Shown here piece after piece: positions 6,710-14,687 of a stretch of DNA of 14,714 bases (position 1 is its first letter; every line of letters begins with the position of its first letter). The stretch is from NCBI GenBank assembly GCA_037444445.1, contig JBBIMK010000037.1:1-14714 (forward strand), given 5' to 3'. This DNA is from a bacterium (lineage in GTDB: Bacteria; UBP7; UBA6624; JBBIMK01). The notes under the pieces were generated by a model that saw nothing but the letters and a program-made list of their open reading frames with translations, was not told the origin of the DNA and did no database searches. The position numbers were made by a program, and so were the translations under genes.

Positions 6710-6718
6710 TGGTAAAAT
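6710..6718 (+). promoter_or_regulatory. putative extended -10 element upstream of lysA
   Basis: TGgTAAAAT matches the TGnTAtAAT extended -10 pattern. It lies 13-25 nt before the candidate lysA starts. No good -35 at 17 nt. Confidence 0.25.
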
Positions 6719-6730
6719 GCTTCGTGCAGG

Positions 6731-7990
6731 ATGGGGAGAAAAATGACGAAGTGGTTAACGAAACCCCTGAGGGAGAAAATACAACAACTGGCGAGGATGG
6801 AAGGCACACCTTTTTATCTCTATCACGCACCCACGATTGTAAGCCGGTGTAGAACACTGAAAAGGTATTTCACACCGTTGAAGCCGGTTTGGTATTACGC
6901 TGTGAAAGCCAATCCGAGGCTCGCCATCCTGAGGCTGATTCGTCAGCAGGGCTTTGGAGCAGAGGTGGTCTCAGCCGGTGAGATTTATATCGCCGAAAAG
7001 GCGGGCTTCTCCCCTGCTTCCATCCTGTTTAATGGGAATGGCAAAACGCCTCAGGAAGTGGAGTATGCCCTGCAACAGGGCGTCCGGCAGTTTAATTTTG
7101 ATGCCCTGGACCAGTGGGAACTTCTGGAAAAGATGGGAAAGAAGTATGAAACATCGGTTCGGGCATTTCTCCGCCTGAACCCGTGCATCCGCATAGAGCA
7201 TCCTCACCTTGCGGTGGGGGATGCAGAGAGTAAGTTCGGGCTCTCTTTTGAAGAGGCCGTAGCAGAAATTCCGAGGTTGAAGAAGGCGCGCTATGCTCCC
7301 ATTGGCGGGGTTCACTGCCATGTGGGGTCGCAGATTCTCTCCGAGGAGCCGTTTTTAGAAGGGGCGAGAAAGGCTTCCCGACTCTTCCGCCTGCTCAAAC
7401 AAAAGGGCTTGCCCGTGGAAGACTTGAATTTAGGCGGTGGGTTCGGCGTCCCCTACCACCCCTCCGAGAAACCCTTCCCATTTCCAGGCCTGATGAAAGG
7501 TCTGAAGAAAATTCTGAACGGCTTGCCCGCACAAATCTCCTATGAGCCCGGCAGATTTTTGGTGGCGGAAGCGGGCATCCTCGTTTGCCGTGTAATTTCC
7601 ATCAAGCAGAATGAACGCAAAACCATCGTGGTGGTAGATGGAGGGCTGACGGAGAATATTCGGCCCGCCCTCTACGGCGCCTACCATCCTGTATTCCCCC
7701 CTGGCGAACCCCTCGTCCCTCATCCCCCATCCTCCATCCCTCGCCCCACCGATGTGGTGGGTCCGGTTTGCGAATCCTCTGATTTCTTCGCCCTGAATAT
7801 ACCTTTCCCCGAAGTAAAGATAGGCGACTGGATTGCCGTGGGAAATTGCGGTGCCTACTGCGCCTCTATGCAATCCAACTACAACTCCCGCCTCTTCCCG
7901 GCGGAATATCTGATACAGGGGGGTAAAGTGCGTCTCATCCGGCATCGCCAGCCCCTCCCCAGCCTCCTGTTTCTGGAACCTCCTCCATAA
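6731..7990 (+). CDS. lysA: diaminopimelate decarboxylase
   Basis: TPFYLY, YAVKANP (PLP lysine), GGGFGVPY, EPGRFLVAEAG, GPVCESSD and GAYCASMQSNYNSR are the fold-III decarboxylase motifs. An alternative start, ATG 6743, has GGAG 5 nt upstream. Confidence 0.9.
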   Translation: MGRKMTKWLTKPLREKIQQLARMEGTPFYLYHAPTIVSRCRTLKRYFTPLKPVWYYAVKANPRLAILRLIRQQGFGAEVVSAGEIYIAEKAGFSPASILFNGNGKTPQEVEYALQQGVRQFNFDALDQWELLEKMGKKYETSVRAFLRLNPCIRIEHPHLAVGDAESKFGLSFEEAVAEIPRLKKARYAPIGGVHCHVGSQILSEEPFLEGARKASRLFRLLKQKGLPVEDLNLGGGFGVPYHPSEKPFPFPGLMKGLKKILNGLPAQISYEPGRFLVAEAGILVCRVISIKQNERKTIVVVDGGLTENIRPALYGAYHPVFPPGEPLVPHPPSSIPRPTDVVGPVCESSDFFALNIPFPEVKIGDWIAVGNCGAYCASMQSNYNSRLFPAEYLIQGGKVRLIRHRQPLPSLLFLEPPP

Positions 7991-8033
7991 CTACAATTTT
8001 AGAATTTTTGGGGGCCGGTAGCCCTTCCCCACA

Positions 8034-8906
8034 TCACGACGGGAAAAGTTTTACAGCGTTGTGGTAGAGGATTTTTCCCTTCGCCTCGGAGGAGAGGGGA
8101 AGAGCGAGGAAGTCGTCTACATTCTTTCGGATGCCGGGCACGAAAGGTCCTGGCCAGTCGGAGCCAAACAGGGTTTTATCGGCGATGGTTTCCAGTTTCG
8201 GGAAATACTCTAACAGGGCTTTGGGTGGGATGCCGGAGATGTCTAAATATACATTCGGGTGCCTGCGAACCAAAAAGAAAGCGGTCTTCATCCAGATAGG
8301 TCGACCACCGTGGGCAAGTATCAGAATCAGATTCGGAAAGTCCGTTGCCACATCGTCCAGCGGCATCGGGTCGCCGAACTTGCTCCGCGCCCCCGGAAAG
8401 ATGGAAGTGCCCGTGTGAAACATCACCGGAATCCGCTCCTCACTGGCTATATGATAAAGGATTTCCAGTGGCTTCAACCCGCGCTGGTAATCATTGGGAT
8501 AGAAGAGCATGTGGGGAGGGTGAATCTTGAGCCCCCGAATGCGAAAATCATACAGCAGGTGGTGGATTTCTCCCGCAGGGTCCGAACTGTACCGAGGATT
8601 GATGCTACCGAAGGGGATGAGACGGTCGGGCGCCTCTGTGCAGAATTCAGAAACGAACCGATTCACATCAAAAGTGAATCCCATTATGTCCGGACTCACA
8701 TAGTTGATGAGAGCAGCTTTCTCCACCCCCTGAGCATCCATCCATTGAAGGAACTTCTGCGGGTTCTTTGCCAGCACCAGGAGGGAATCAAAGGCGGGAT
8801 GGCCAAGTTTCATTCGCTCATACACCTGGGGCTTCATCATCCACCAGGGCTGAATATGGATGTGGATGTCAAACACGGGTGTTTTCAGTTTCTCGTTTTC
8901 GGTCAT
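8034..8906 (-). CDS. amidohydrolase_2 family metal-dependent hydrolase/decarboxylase (TIM barrel)
   Basis: FDIHIHI (HxH metal site), LILAHGG and FGSDWP (terminal Asp) are present. I place the start at ATG 8906..8904 (MTENEKLKTPVFDIHIHI), which overlaps the upstream TGA as ATGA. The track's extension to 9047 would overlap the upstream gene by 145 nt. Confidence 0.8.
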   Translation of the reverse strand: MTENEKLKTPVFDIHIHIQPWWMMKPQVYERMKLGHPAFDSLLVLAKNPQKFLQWMDAQGVEKAALINYVSPDIMGFTFDVNRFVSEFCTEAPDRLIPFGSINPRYSSDPAGEIHHLLYDFRIRGLKIHPPHMLFYPNDYQRGLKPLEILYHIASEERIPVMFHTGTSIFPGARSKFGDPMPLDDVATDFPNLILILAHGGRPIWMKTAFFLVRRHPNVYLDISGIPPKALLEYFPKLETIADKTLFGSDWPGPFVPGIRKNVDDFLALPLSSEAKGKILYHNAVKLFPS

Positions 8907-9823
8907 CCCTGGAGGAGAGAACACAGAACCCGGATATACTCCGGCGTGGTGCCACAGCATCCGCCGACCACTTTCGCTCCAAGTGTTATCCACTGCTTCG
9001 CATACTCGGCATACATTTGTGGGGTCATATCCTTTGAAAAAAGCCACTTTCCTGGCTCTTCAGCGAGTTCACCCGCATTGGCGTAGGCACCGAAATTACG
9101 GCTTCCCGTCGGGGCGCAGGCTCGGAGTTCTTGCAAAGCCAGGGTAGTGGCTTTCACGGGTGTGCAGTTGATAGAAATGAAGAGAGGCTGGTAGGCAGTG
9201 ATGGCAGAGGAAGCGTCCTTCAAAGATTCTCCGCTCAGGAGGCGTCCCTGAGCGGAGCAGCAAAAACTAACGGCGACGGGCAGGTGAGTCTCTACGGCGG
9301 CACGCAGAGCACCCCGAGCCTCTGCGATGGTGTTCATTGTTTCTAACAGTAGAAAATCAACACCCGCATCTGCGAGTAACTGAGCTTGCTCCTGATGCTC
9401 TTTGTAGGCAGTTTCTTCATCGGGCGCCAGATGGGGGGAATAACAATCCTCTAAGGGTGCGATGGATCCCGCAATCCAGATAGTTTTCCCACCCCCCTGT
9501 TTCTCCCGTGCCCGGCAAGCCAGTTCCACAGCAAGAGCGTTGAGAGAGGAAGTCCGGTCTCCCATGCCTGCCTTTTTTAGCGTCCAGCGGCTGGTGCGGA
9601 AGGTATTTGTGGTGAGGATTTGCGCTCCTGCCAGAAGATAATCCCTGTGAATTTCCTGAACGATGTCCGGATGAGAGAGGAGAGCCGAGGCTGACCAGAG
9701 GGGAAGGGGTGTATCCACCCCTCTTCTCTGGAGTTCCGTCCCCATAGGACCGTCCAGAATCCACAAATAACTGAGGTTTTGGGGTCTGACCCCAAAAGTG
9801 AAGTTATTTCTGGGAAACGCCAC
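8903..9823 (-). CDS. homocysteine S-methyltransferase family protein (Zn-dependent thiol methyltransferase)
   Basis: ILDGPMGTELQRRG...LWSASALLSHPDIVQEIHRDYLLAGAQILTTNTF, plus Zn-ligand cysteines in SINCTP and GGCCGTTPEYI. The start is uncertain: GTG 9823 (AGGGG 11 nt upstream), TTG 9766, or the track's ATG 9955. Confidence 0.85.
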   Translation of the reverse strand: MAFPRNNFTFGVRPQNLSYLWILDGPMGTELQRRGVDTPLPLWSASALLSHPDIVQEIHRDYLLAGAQILTTNTFRTSRWTLKKAGMGDRTSSLNALAVELACRAREKQGGGKTIWIAGSIAPLEDCYSPHLAPDEETAYKEHQEQAQLLADAGVDFLLLETMNTIAEARGALRAAVETHLPVAVSFCCSAQGRLLSGESLKDASSAITAYQPLFISINCTPVKATTLALQELRACAPTGSRNFGAYANAGELAEEPGKWLFSKDMTPQMYAEYAKQWITLGAKVVGGCCGTTPEYIRVLCSLLQG

Positions 9824-10601
9824 GGCTGATGAGCCCCTGAAAGAGGAAGAAATCGCCCGTTTTATCCAGGTCGGTGCCGATTTCCGGATACGGCATCCGA
9901 ATGGCTCTCGCCCGAATGCCAAATACCTTTTCCACTTTCTTCTCCACCTGTGCAATACGAATGCCTCCTGTGAAAAGTCGGAGAAGGAAGAAGAAGCCCA
10001 AACGGGAAGCCAGGCGGAATGGGCTTTTCCGAAGCCGTATCACTTCCCGGACCACGGGTTCTATCTCCCTCAGTTTCACCGGGTTCACCAACAGCACATT
10101 GCCACCGGTGAAAACGCCGTCATAAAGCCGAGCAAAGGTCCGCTGGCTCATCGGAAATCGCTTCATCACCAGGCTCTTCTCTATGATGGGATAGAAGACA
10201 TCCACCTGCGCCTCTCCACATCTCCCCAGAAAGTCCTCTATCATTTCCCCGGTGACCAGTGGAATATCGCAGGAAGATAACAGCACCTTCTCTGAAGGCG
10301 GAAGGTGGCGTAAGCCGGTATATAGATTGTCTATCATACTCCCCGCTTCCTGAACCACCATCACCCCGGTGGGAAGGGCCATCTGGCGAAGAATTTTGTC
10401 CCGGTTACCCACCACAACTACGGGGCGTCCCACGGATGGGGCGGAAAGGAAGGCTGTGAGAACAAAATGGAGCATGGGATACCCGCTAAATGTAATCAGG
10501 GCTTTCTCTTCAACTCCTGTGGCTTCCAGCAACTTCCCTTTTGATTTTCCACCGGCAAGGATGAGGGCGGGATATTTTATGTGGATTTCACCCCTGTTCA
10601 A
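9804..10601 (-). CDS. MobA/IspD-fold (GT-A) nucleotidyltransferase family protein
   Basis: N-terminal ALILAGGKSKGKL...EKALITFSGYPMLHFVLTAF...PVVVVGN, SSCDIPLV, and C-terminal TDLDKTGDF. The likely start is TTG 10601..10599 (MNRGEIHIKYPALILAGG), overlapping ispE by 14 nt. The track's extension to 10748 would overlap ispE by 161 nt. Confidence 0.7.
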   Translation of the reverse strand: MNRGEIHIKYPALILAGGKSKGKLLEATGVEEKALITFSGYPMLHFVLTAFLSAPSVGRPVVVVGNRDKILRQMALPTGVMVVQEAGSMIDNLYTGLRHLPPSEKVLLSSCDIPLVTGEMIEDFLGRCGEAQVDVFYPIIEKSLVMKRFPMSQRTFARLYDGVFTGGNVLLVNPVKLREIEPVVREVIRLRKSPFRLASRLGFFFLLRLFTGGIRIAQVEKKVEKVFGIRARAIRMPYPEIGTDLDKTGDFFLFQGLISRGVSQK

Positions 10602-11538
10602 TTGTGGAAGATAGGGTCTGTGGAACCGGGCGGAGGTAGAAAACCTGAGCCGGGAGGAACGACCGCCATCGTCTAACCGATGCTCTGGCTTTCTCTTCTT
10701 CGTCAAAAATGGCATATAAACAGGACCCCGACCCGGTGAAGAGGACATTCAAAGGCCGGGGCTCACTTTCTAACATTCTCTCCTTCAGAGATTTCAACCC
10801 CGGGAAAAGGTGAAACAGAGTCTCCTGGAATCCATTGCACATCTCCTGTGCCGCTTCCTCCTCCTTACCCTGTTTCAACAGGTTCGCCACTTTTTGTGTT
10901 CTGATTCCATCGGTAGGCCTGCTCAGCGTATCCCATTCTTCATACGCAGATTTGGTGAAGGAAGGAAAGCCGGGATATACTGCCACGAAGTGAAGACGCT
11001 GAAGCGGAGGCAGGGGAGTAAATGGGGAATGCAAAACCGGGAGTGCGGGATCGGGGATTTGGGATGGGTTCCCCTGCTCCTCGTCTGTTGTCTCGTAAAG
11101 AAGGCGAGTTCCACCTCCTGAAAGAAAGAAGGGCACATCGGCACCCAATTGCCAGGCAATGTTCATCCACTCTTTTGGGCTTTTATGGATACCCCACAGG
11201 ACGGATATAGCCGGGATACAGGCGGCAGCATCTGAACTTCCCCCGCCCATCCCCCCACCGATGGGAATCCGCTTCCTCACCCGAACCTGCATACCCGCGG
11301 AAATCTGTTCCATCTTCTGGACCATTCTCAGAGTCCTTTCTATTAGATTATCCTGAATGGGAAACGACGGAGGCGCTTCCCACTCTACTTCCACCCTTTC
11401 ATCTTTTCGGGCTGAAAAAATCAGTTCATCCGCCAGTGAAACGGACTGGAAAATAGAGGCAACACGATGGCGGGAGGATGAGCGGCCGAGGATTTCCAGC
11501 GTGAGGTTCAATTTGGCAAAGGCTCGTTGCATCATCAA
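10588..11538 (-). CDS. ispE: 4-diphosphocytidyl-2-C-methyl-D-erythritol kinase (GHMP kinase)
   Basis: AFAKLNLTLEILGR N-terminus and the GHMP motif IPIGGGMGGGSSDAAA are present. The ATG overlaps the upstream TGA as ATGA (11535-11538). It appears to carry a Pro-rich insertion (...GNPSQIPDPALPVLHSPFTPLPPLQ...). Confidence 0.85.
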   Translation of the reverse strand: MMMQRAFAKLNLTLEILGRSSSRHRVASIFQSVSLADELIFSARKDERVEVEWEAPPSFPIQDNLIERTLRMVQKMEQISAGMQVRVRKRIPIGGGMGGGSSDAAACIPAISVLWGIHKSPKEWMNIAWQLGADVPFFLSGGGTRLLYETTDEEQGNPSQIPDPALPVLHSPFTPLPPLQRLHFVAVYPGFPSFTKSAYEEWDTLSRPTDGIRTQKVANLLKQGKEEEAAQEMCNGFQETLFHLFPGLKSLKERMLESEPRPLNVLFTGSGSCLYAIFDEEEKARASVRRWRSFLPAQVFYLRPVPQTLSSTIEQG

Positions 11539-12899
11539 TCGTCGTAGTCTCCAAGCCGACGGTGGATGGCTACATACGGGTAATCCATACCGAGTTCAGG
11601 GGGTTTTTTCGGCTTTAATTCCTCCTTTAAGTCCGCTGAGGCTTGCAAGGAGGTTTCCAGTGCCCGGGTGAAGAATTGAATCTGCTCCGAAGTGATGAGC
11701 AAGGGTGGCTCCAGCCTGATTACCGATGGATTGTTCAGCGTATAGGCGGTGATGATGCCTTTCTGCCTTAACGAGAGGATGGTAAGTTCAGCCAGTTCTG
11801 GCTGAACAAACTCCAGCCCGACCATCAATCCCTTTCCACGGATATTGCGGATAAGTTCCCGATGCTCCCGGTGAACGAGTTTCAGGTTTTGCATCAATTC
11901 TTCGCCCATCTGGCGGGCGCGCTCGGCGAAGTTTTCTTCCACCAGCAGACGGATGGCTTCCAGCCCTGCAGCGCAAGCCAGAGGATTGCCCCCGAAAGTG
12001 GTGGAATGAACGAAAGGGTTTTCAAAGAAGGCGGAGAAGACTTCTTCCGTGGCGAGGCAGGCGCCAATGGGCATAACCCCACCCCCCAGTGATTTCCCCA
12101 GTGTCAGAATGTCGGGCTGAACCTCTTCCCATTCACAGGCGAAATTCTTCCCCGTCCGCCCGAACCCGGTTTGTATCTCATCCACGATGAGAAGTAGCCC
12201 CCAGTAGCGGGTGAACTCACGCAGTTCCTTTAAGAACCCCGGTGGAGGCACCCGAATCCCTCCCTCTCCCTGAATAGGCTCTATAATGATTCCTATCGTT
12301 TCCGGCGTGATGACTTTTAGAATTTCCCGAATGTTAAAATCTGCCACTTCTACGCTTCCCGGAAGCATACGCCCGAAATTCTTCCGGTATACCTCCCGTC
12401 CCGTCAGGCTCAACGCCCCGTAAGTCTTCCCGTGAAAAGAGTTAGAAAAGTAGAGGACAGTGTGTTTTGACTTCCCATAGGAGCGAGCCAGTTTCAGGGC
12501 GCATTCCACCGCTTCCGTCCCGCTATTGGTGAAGAAAGTATACGGCAGATTCCCCGGCGTGATTTTCGTCAGGAGTCCAGCCAGTTCCGCCTGGAGCGGG
12601 TTCAGAAAGACCTTGGAGGAAAGAGCCATCTTCTCTAACTGACTCTTCACCGCACCCACAATCCTCGGATGCAGATGGCCAAAATTCAGTGACCCAAAAC
12701 CAGCCAAAAAATCCAGATATTTCTTCCCATCCTGGTCGTAGATGAACATCCCTTCCGCCTTCATCTCCAGGTCATCAAACCCGATGAACTCGTAAAGACG
12801 CTCCAGGGTGGGGTTGAGATGCTCCCGATAGTAGTTCTTGATGAAATCCTTATACTCTTGCTTTCCCGCTTCCCTTTTTCCCTTCTTTCTATCTTTCAT
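11535..12899 (-). CDS. class-III PLP aminotransferase (putrescine/ornithine/acetylornithine aminotransferase-like)
   Basis: YYREHLNPTLERLYEF (YgjG/PatA-like N-terminus), GFGSLNFGHLHP, NSGTEAVECALKLAR, DEIQTGFGRTG and LTLGKSLGGG (PLP lysine). SD GAGGAGGAAGG lies before ATG 12899. Confidence 0.9.
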   Translation of the reverse strand: MKDRKKGKREAGKQEYKDFIKNYYREHLNPTLERLYEFIGFDDLEMKAEGMFIYDQDGKKYLDFLAGFGSLNFGHLHPRIVGAVKSQLEKMALSSKVFLNPLQAELAGLLTKITPGNLPYTFFTNSGTEAVECALKLARSYGKSKHTVLYFSNSFHGKTYGALSLTGREVYRKNFGRMLPGSVEVADFNIREILKVITPETIGIIIEPIQGEGGIRVPPPGFLKELREFTRYWGLLLIVDEIQTGFGRTGKNFACEWEEVQPDILTLGKSLGGGVMPIGACLATEEVFSAFFENPFVHSTTFGGNPLACAAGLEAIRLLVEENFAERARQMGEELMQNLKLVHREHRELIRNIRGKGLMVGLEFVQPELAELTILSLRQKGIITAYTLNNPSVIRLEPPLLITSEQIQFFTRALETSLQASADLKEELKPKKPPELGMDYPYVAIHRRLGDYDD

Positions 12900-12925
12900 A
12901 ACCTTCCTCCTCTGGTCTGCTTCTA

Positions 12926-12934
12926 TTGTATCAG
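12926..12934 (-). promoter_or_regulatory. putative extended -10 element for the aminotransferase-ispE operon
   Basis: The minus strand reads TGATACAAT (TGnTAcAAT), about 27 nt upstream of ATG 12899. No convincing -35. Confidence 0.3.
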
Positions 12935-13053
12935 ATTTTCCAATTTGGCTGCTTTTCTATTCTCATCCCAATCGTGCTCTCTTTCTTCACTGTCAGCCAT
13001 GGATTTTTGAACAGCATTTCGGGTTAAAATGGAAGAGGAATGAGGGCAGGTGA

Positions 13054-13299
13054 GTGAAGAAAAGGGAAATGAAATGGGAGGGTGAAAGTCAGGGTAAGTT
13101 GTGGGGGGCGGCAGTCCGATATTCCCATATCGGGCTCACGATAGTCACGGCTATTTTAGTCATGGCAGGGCTGGGATACCTGATAGATAAAAAAACAGGC
13201 AAATATCCCACCTTCACGGCGGCAGGTGGGATTGTGGGAACCTTTCTGGGCCTCTTCCACCTGTTTCAATCCCTTCTACGGGCATCCAGGGAGGGGTGA
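13054..13299 (+). CDS. atpZ: AtpZ/AtpR-like small membrane protein (putative F0F1-ATPase accessory subunit)
   Basis: Two hydrophobic helices with the family-typical IGLTIVTAILVMAGLGYLIDKKTGKYPTFTAAGGIVGTFLGLF. It is the first gene of the atp operon. The start is ambiguous (GTG 13054, ATG 13069, or later). Confidence 0.7.
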   Translation: MKKREMKWEGESQGKLWGAAVRYSHIGLTIVTAILVMAGLGYLIDKKTGKYPTFTAAGGIVGTFLGLFHLFQSLLRASREG

Positions 13300-13473
13300 G
13301 CCCACCTGACTACATTTATTTTCGCGGGAGTTATCGCCCGGATGATTGACAGCCTTCCCGTATACCTACTGCCCTCCCATAGTTCTGGTGGGATTCCTTA
13401 TAGAACTCAGGGGAAGAGGGAAGACGAAAGGAACTTAACCCCGAGGGGTTTTAAGATTTAGAATAGAAGTGGT

Positions 13474-13878
13474 ATGAGGTTCACGCTGGGAAAAGGGAAG
13501 AATTTGTTCTGGAATGTGTGGGGCTGGAGCACGGGCATCACTCTCTTCTTCGGTCTATGGCTCATCGGAGGTGGAAAGTTAGACTGGGGCTTGCCCGTTG
13601 TAGGTGGCTCTGGTGTTCTCCTGATGGACCTGGGAGTGACCATCGGGATGGTGGAGAGATGGCTGGACCCGAAGCCCTCCCGGATGAAGAAATGGATGGG
13701 GCTTCTGCTCCTCTTGAAATACCTGGCTCTTCTTGGTATATTATATTCTCTGGCACACTACGGAATGAAACATGGATGGAGAATGGAAGGGCTGGCGGTA
13801 GGGCTGGGAATTTTTCCCACAGTGGTGCTCCTGAAAGCCATCGGAATGCAGTTCTATGGTAAGGAGAGAGTGAGGTAG
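13474..13878 (+). CDS. atpI: ATP synthase protein I-like membrane protein
   Basis: 134 aa with four hydrophobic segments, and its stop abuts the atpB start. Assigned by position and topology only; the family is poorly conserved. Confidence 0.6.
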   Translation: MRFTLGKGKNLFWNVWGWSTGITLFFGLWLIGGGKLDWGLPVVGGSGVLLMDLGVTIGMVERWLDPKPSRMKKWMGLLLLLKYLALLGILYSLAHYGMKHGWRMEGLAVGLGIFPTVVLLKAIGMQFYGKERVR

Positions 13879-14619
13879 TTGGAAGCGCCAACACTCCCTT
13901 CCCTTGCCGCTTATCTGTATCATTATATTCAGCCTTATCTTCCGCCCCGGGTGGGAGAGGAATTTTTTGCGGTGGTGCTATATTCCTGGGTGGCGGGGCT
14001 TTTCTGGGTTCTCCTCGGCATCCTCGGAATGCGAAAAAGGAACCTCGTTCCGACGGGCTTGCAGAATTTTGTGGAATGGGTGGTGGAGGCTCTGGATAAC
14101 TGGTTTGCAGAAGTGATGGGCTCCCGGGACGAAGCCCGACGCTACCTGCCTTTCCTTGGTAGTTTCTTCCTTTATATTCTGGCGATGAACTGGATGGGAA
14201 TGATGCCCTTTTTTCATGCCCCCACCAGCCTTTACAGCACCACCCTACCGCTGGCACTGGTGGCGATGTTCGGAACCTGGGGTATTGCCATTTCTCGCAT
14301 CGGACTCAAAGGATTTTTCTACCATTTGATTGGAGAACCGTTATGGCTGGTATGGCTAAATTTTCCGCTCCACTTCATCGGCGAACTGGCGAAAATTCTT
14401 TCTCTTTCCATGCGACTGTTCGGGAATATCTTTGCGGAGGATACGGTTCTGGCAGCCTTTGTGATGGTGAGCGGGATGTTCTTATACTACGTGGCGCCCA
14501 TCATTCTGCCCGTTATCTTCCTCTTTTTGATGGTTCTCTTCGGATTACTGCAGGCGGTGATATTTTCCTCCTTAACCGCTGTGTATATCACGATGTGGCT
14601 GCCGGCGGGAGGACATTAG
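13879..14619 (+). CDS. atpB: F0F1 ATP synthase subunit a
   Basis: LSLSMRLFGNIFAED contains the essential stator arginine, followed by LLQAVIFSSLTAVY in the C-terminal helix. TTG 13879 is preceded by AAGGAGAGAGTGAGG. Confidence 0.9.
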   Translation: MEAPTLPSLAAYLYHYIQPYLPPRVGEEFFAVVLYSWVAGLFWVLLGILGMRKRNLVPTGLQNFVEWVVEALDNWFAEVMGSRDEARRYLPFLGSFFLYILAMNWMGMMPFFHAPTSLYSTTLPLALVAMFGTWGIAISRIGLKGFFYHLIGEPLWLVWLNFPLHFIGELAKILSLSMRLFGNIFAEDTVLAAFVMVSGMFLYYVAPIILPVIFLFLMVLFGLLQAVIFSSLTAVYITMWLPAGGH

Positions 14620-14666
14620 GAGTGCTGAGGGCGGAATGCGGAATGAAAATTTAAAAAATAATGTAG

Positions 14667-14687
14667 GGGAGGAGCTTGCCTCCTCCC
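14667..14687. other. GC-rich stem-loop downstream of atpB
   Basis: GGGAGGAG (14667-14674) pairs with CTCCTCCC (14680-14687) around a 5-nt loop, CTTGC. No U-tract follows on the plus strand. On the minus strand a T6 run starts 8 nt after the stem. Confidence 0.3.

Noticed and set aside
6428-6746. Two overlapping ORFs (95 and 93 aa) in the murG-lysA spacer, and a possible lysine riboswitch
   Set aside because: They have no SD, no recognisable motif and mutually exclusive frames. The L-box core motifs are not present. I kept the region as an unexplained spacer rather than calling a gene or riboswitch.
7991-8033. Bidirectional terminator between convergent lysA and the amidohydrolase gene
   Set aside because: Only a 4-bp GGGC/GCCC stem is present, and no U-tract follows on either strand.
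8259-9086. 275-aa plus-strand ORF (and the nested 8131-8418, 8345-8530, 8768-9037 and 8860-9147 ORFs)
   Set aside because: These are antisense to the amidohydrolase and homocysteine methyltransferase genes, which have clear catalytic motifs. There are no motifs in these frames.
9824-9955. Long 5' extensions of the methyltransferase (to 9955), nucleotidyltransferase (to 10748) and amidohydrolase (to 9047) ORFs
   Set aside because: Each would overlap the upstream gene by about 130-160 nt and add basic, low-complexity residues ahead of the conserved N-termini. Shorter starts give 4-20 nt overlaps, consistent with the rest of the operon.
13437-13452. Small hairpin AACCCC-GA-GGGGTT followed by TTTT as an intrinsic terminator
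   Set aside because: The loop is too short for the full stem, and the stem is weak once a realistic loop is allowed. I mention it only as part of the atpZ-atpI gap.
13562-14257. 231-aa Pro/Ser/Gly-rich ORF on the minus strand
   Set aside because: It is entirely antisense to the well-supported atpI-like and atpB genes. It is low complexity with no SD or domain, so it is a typical shadow ORF.
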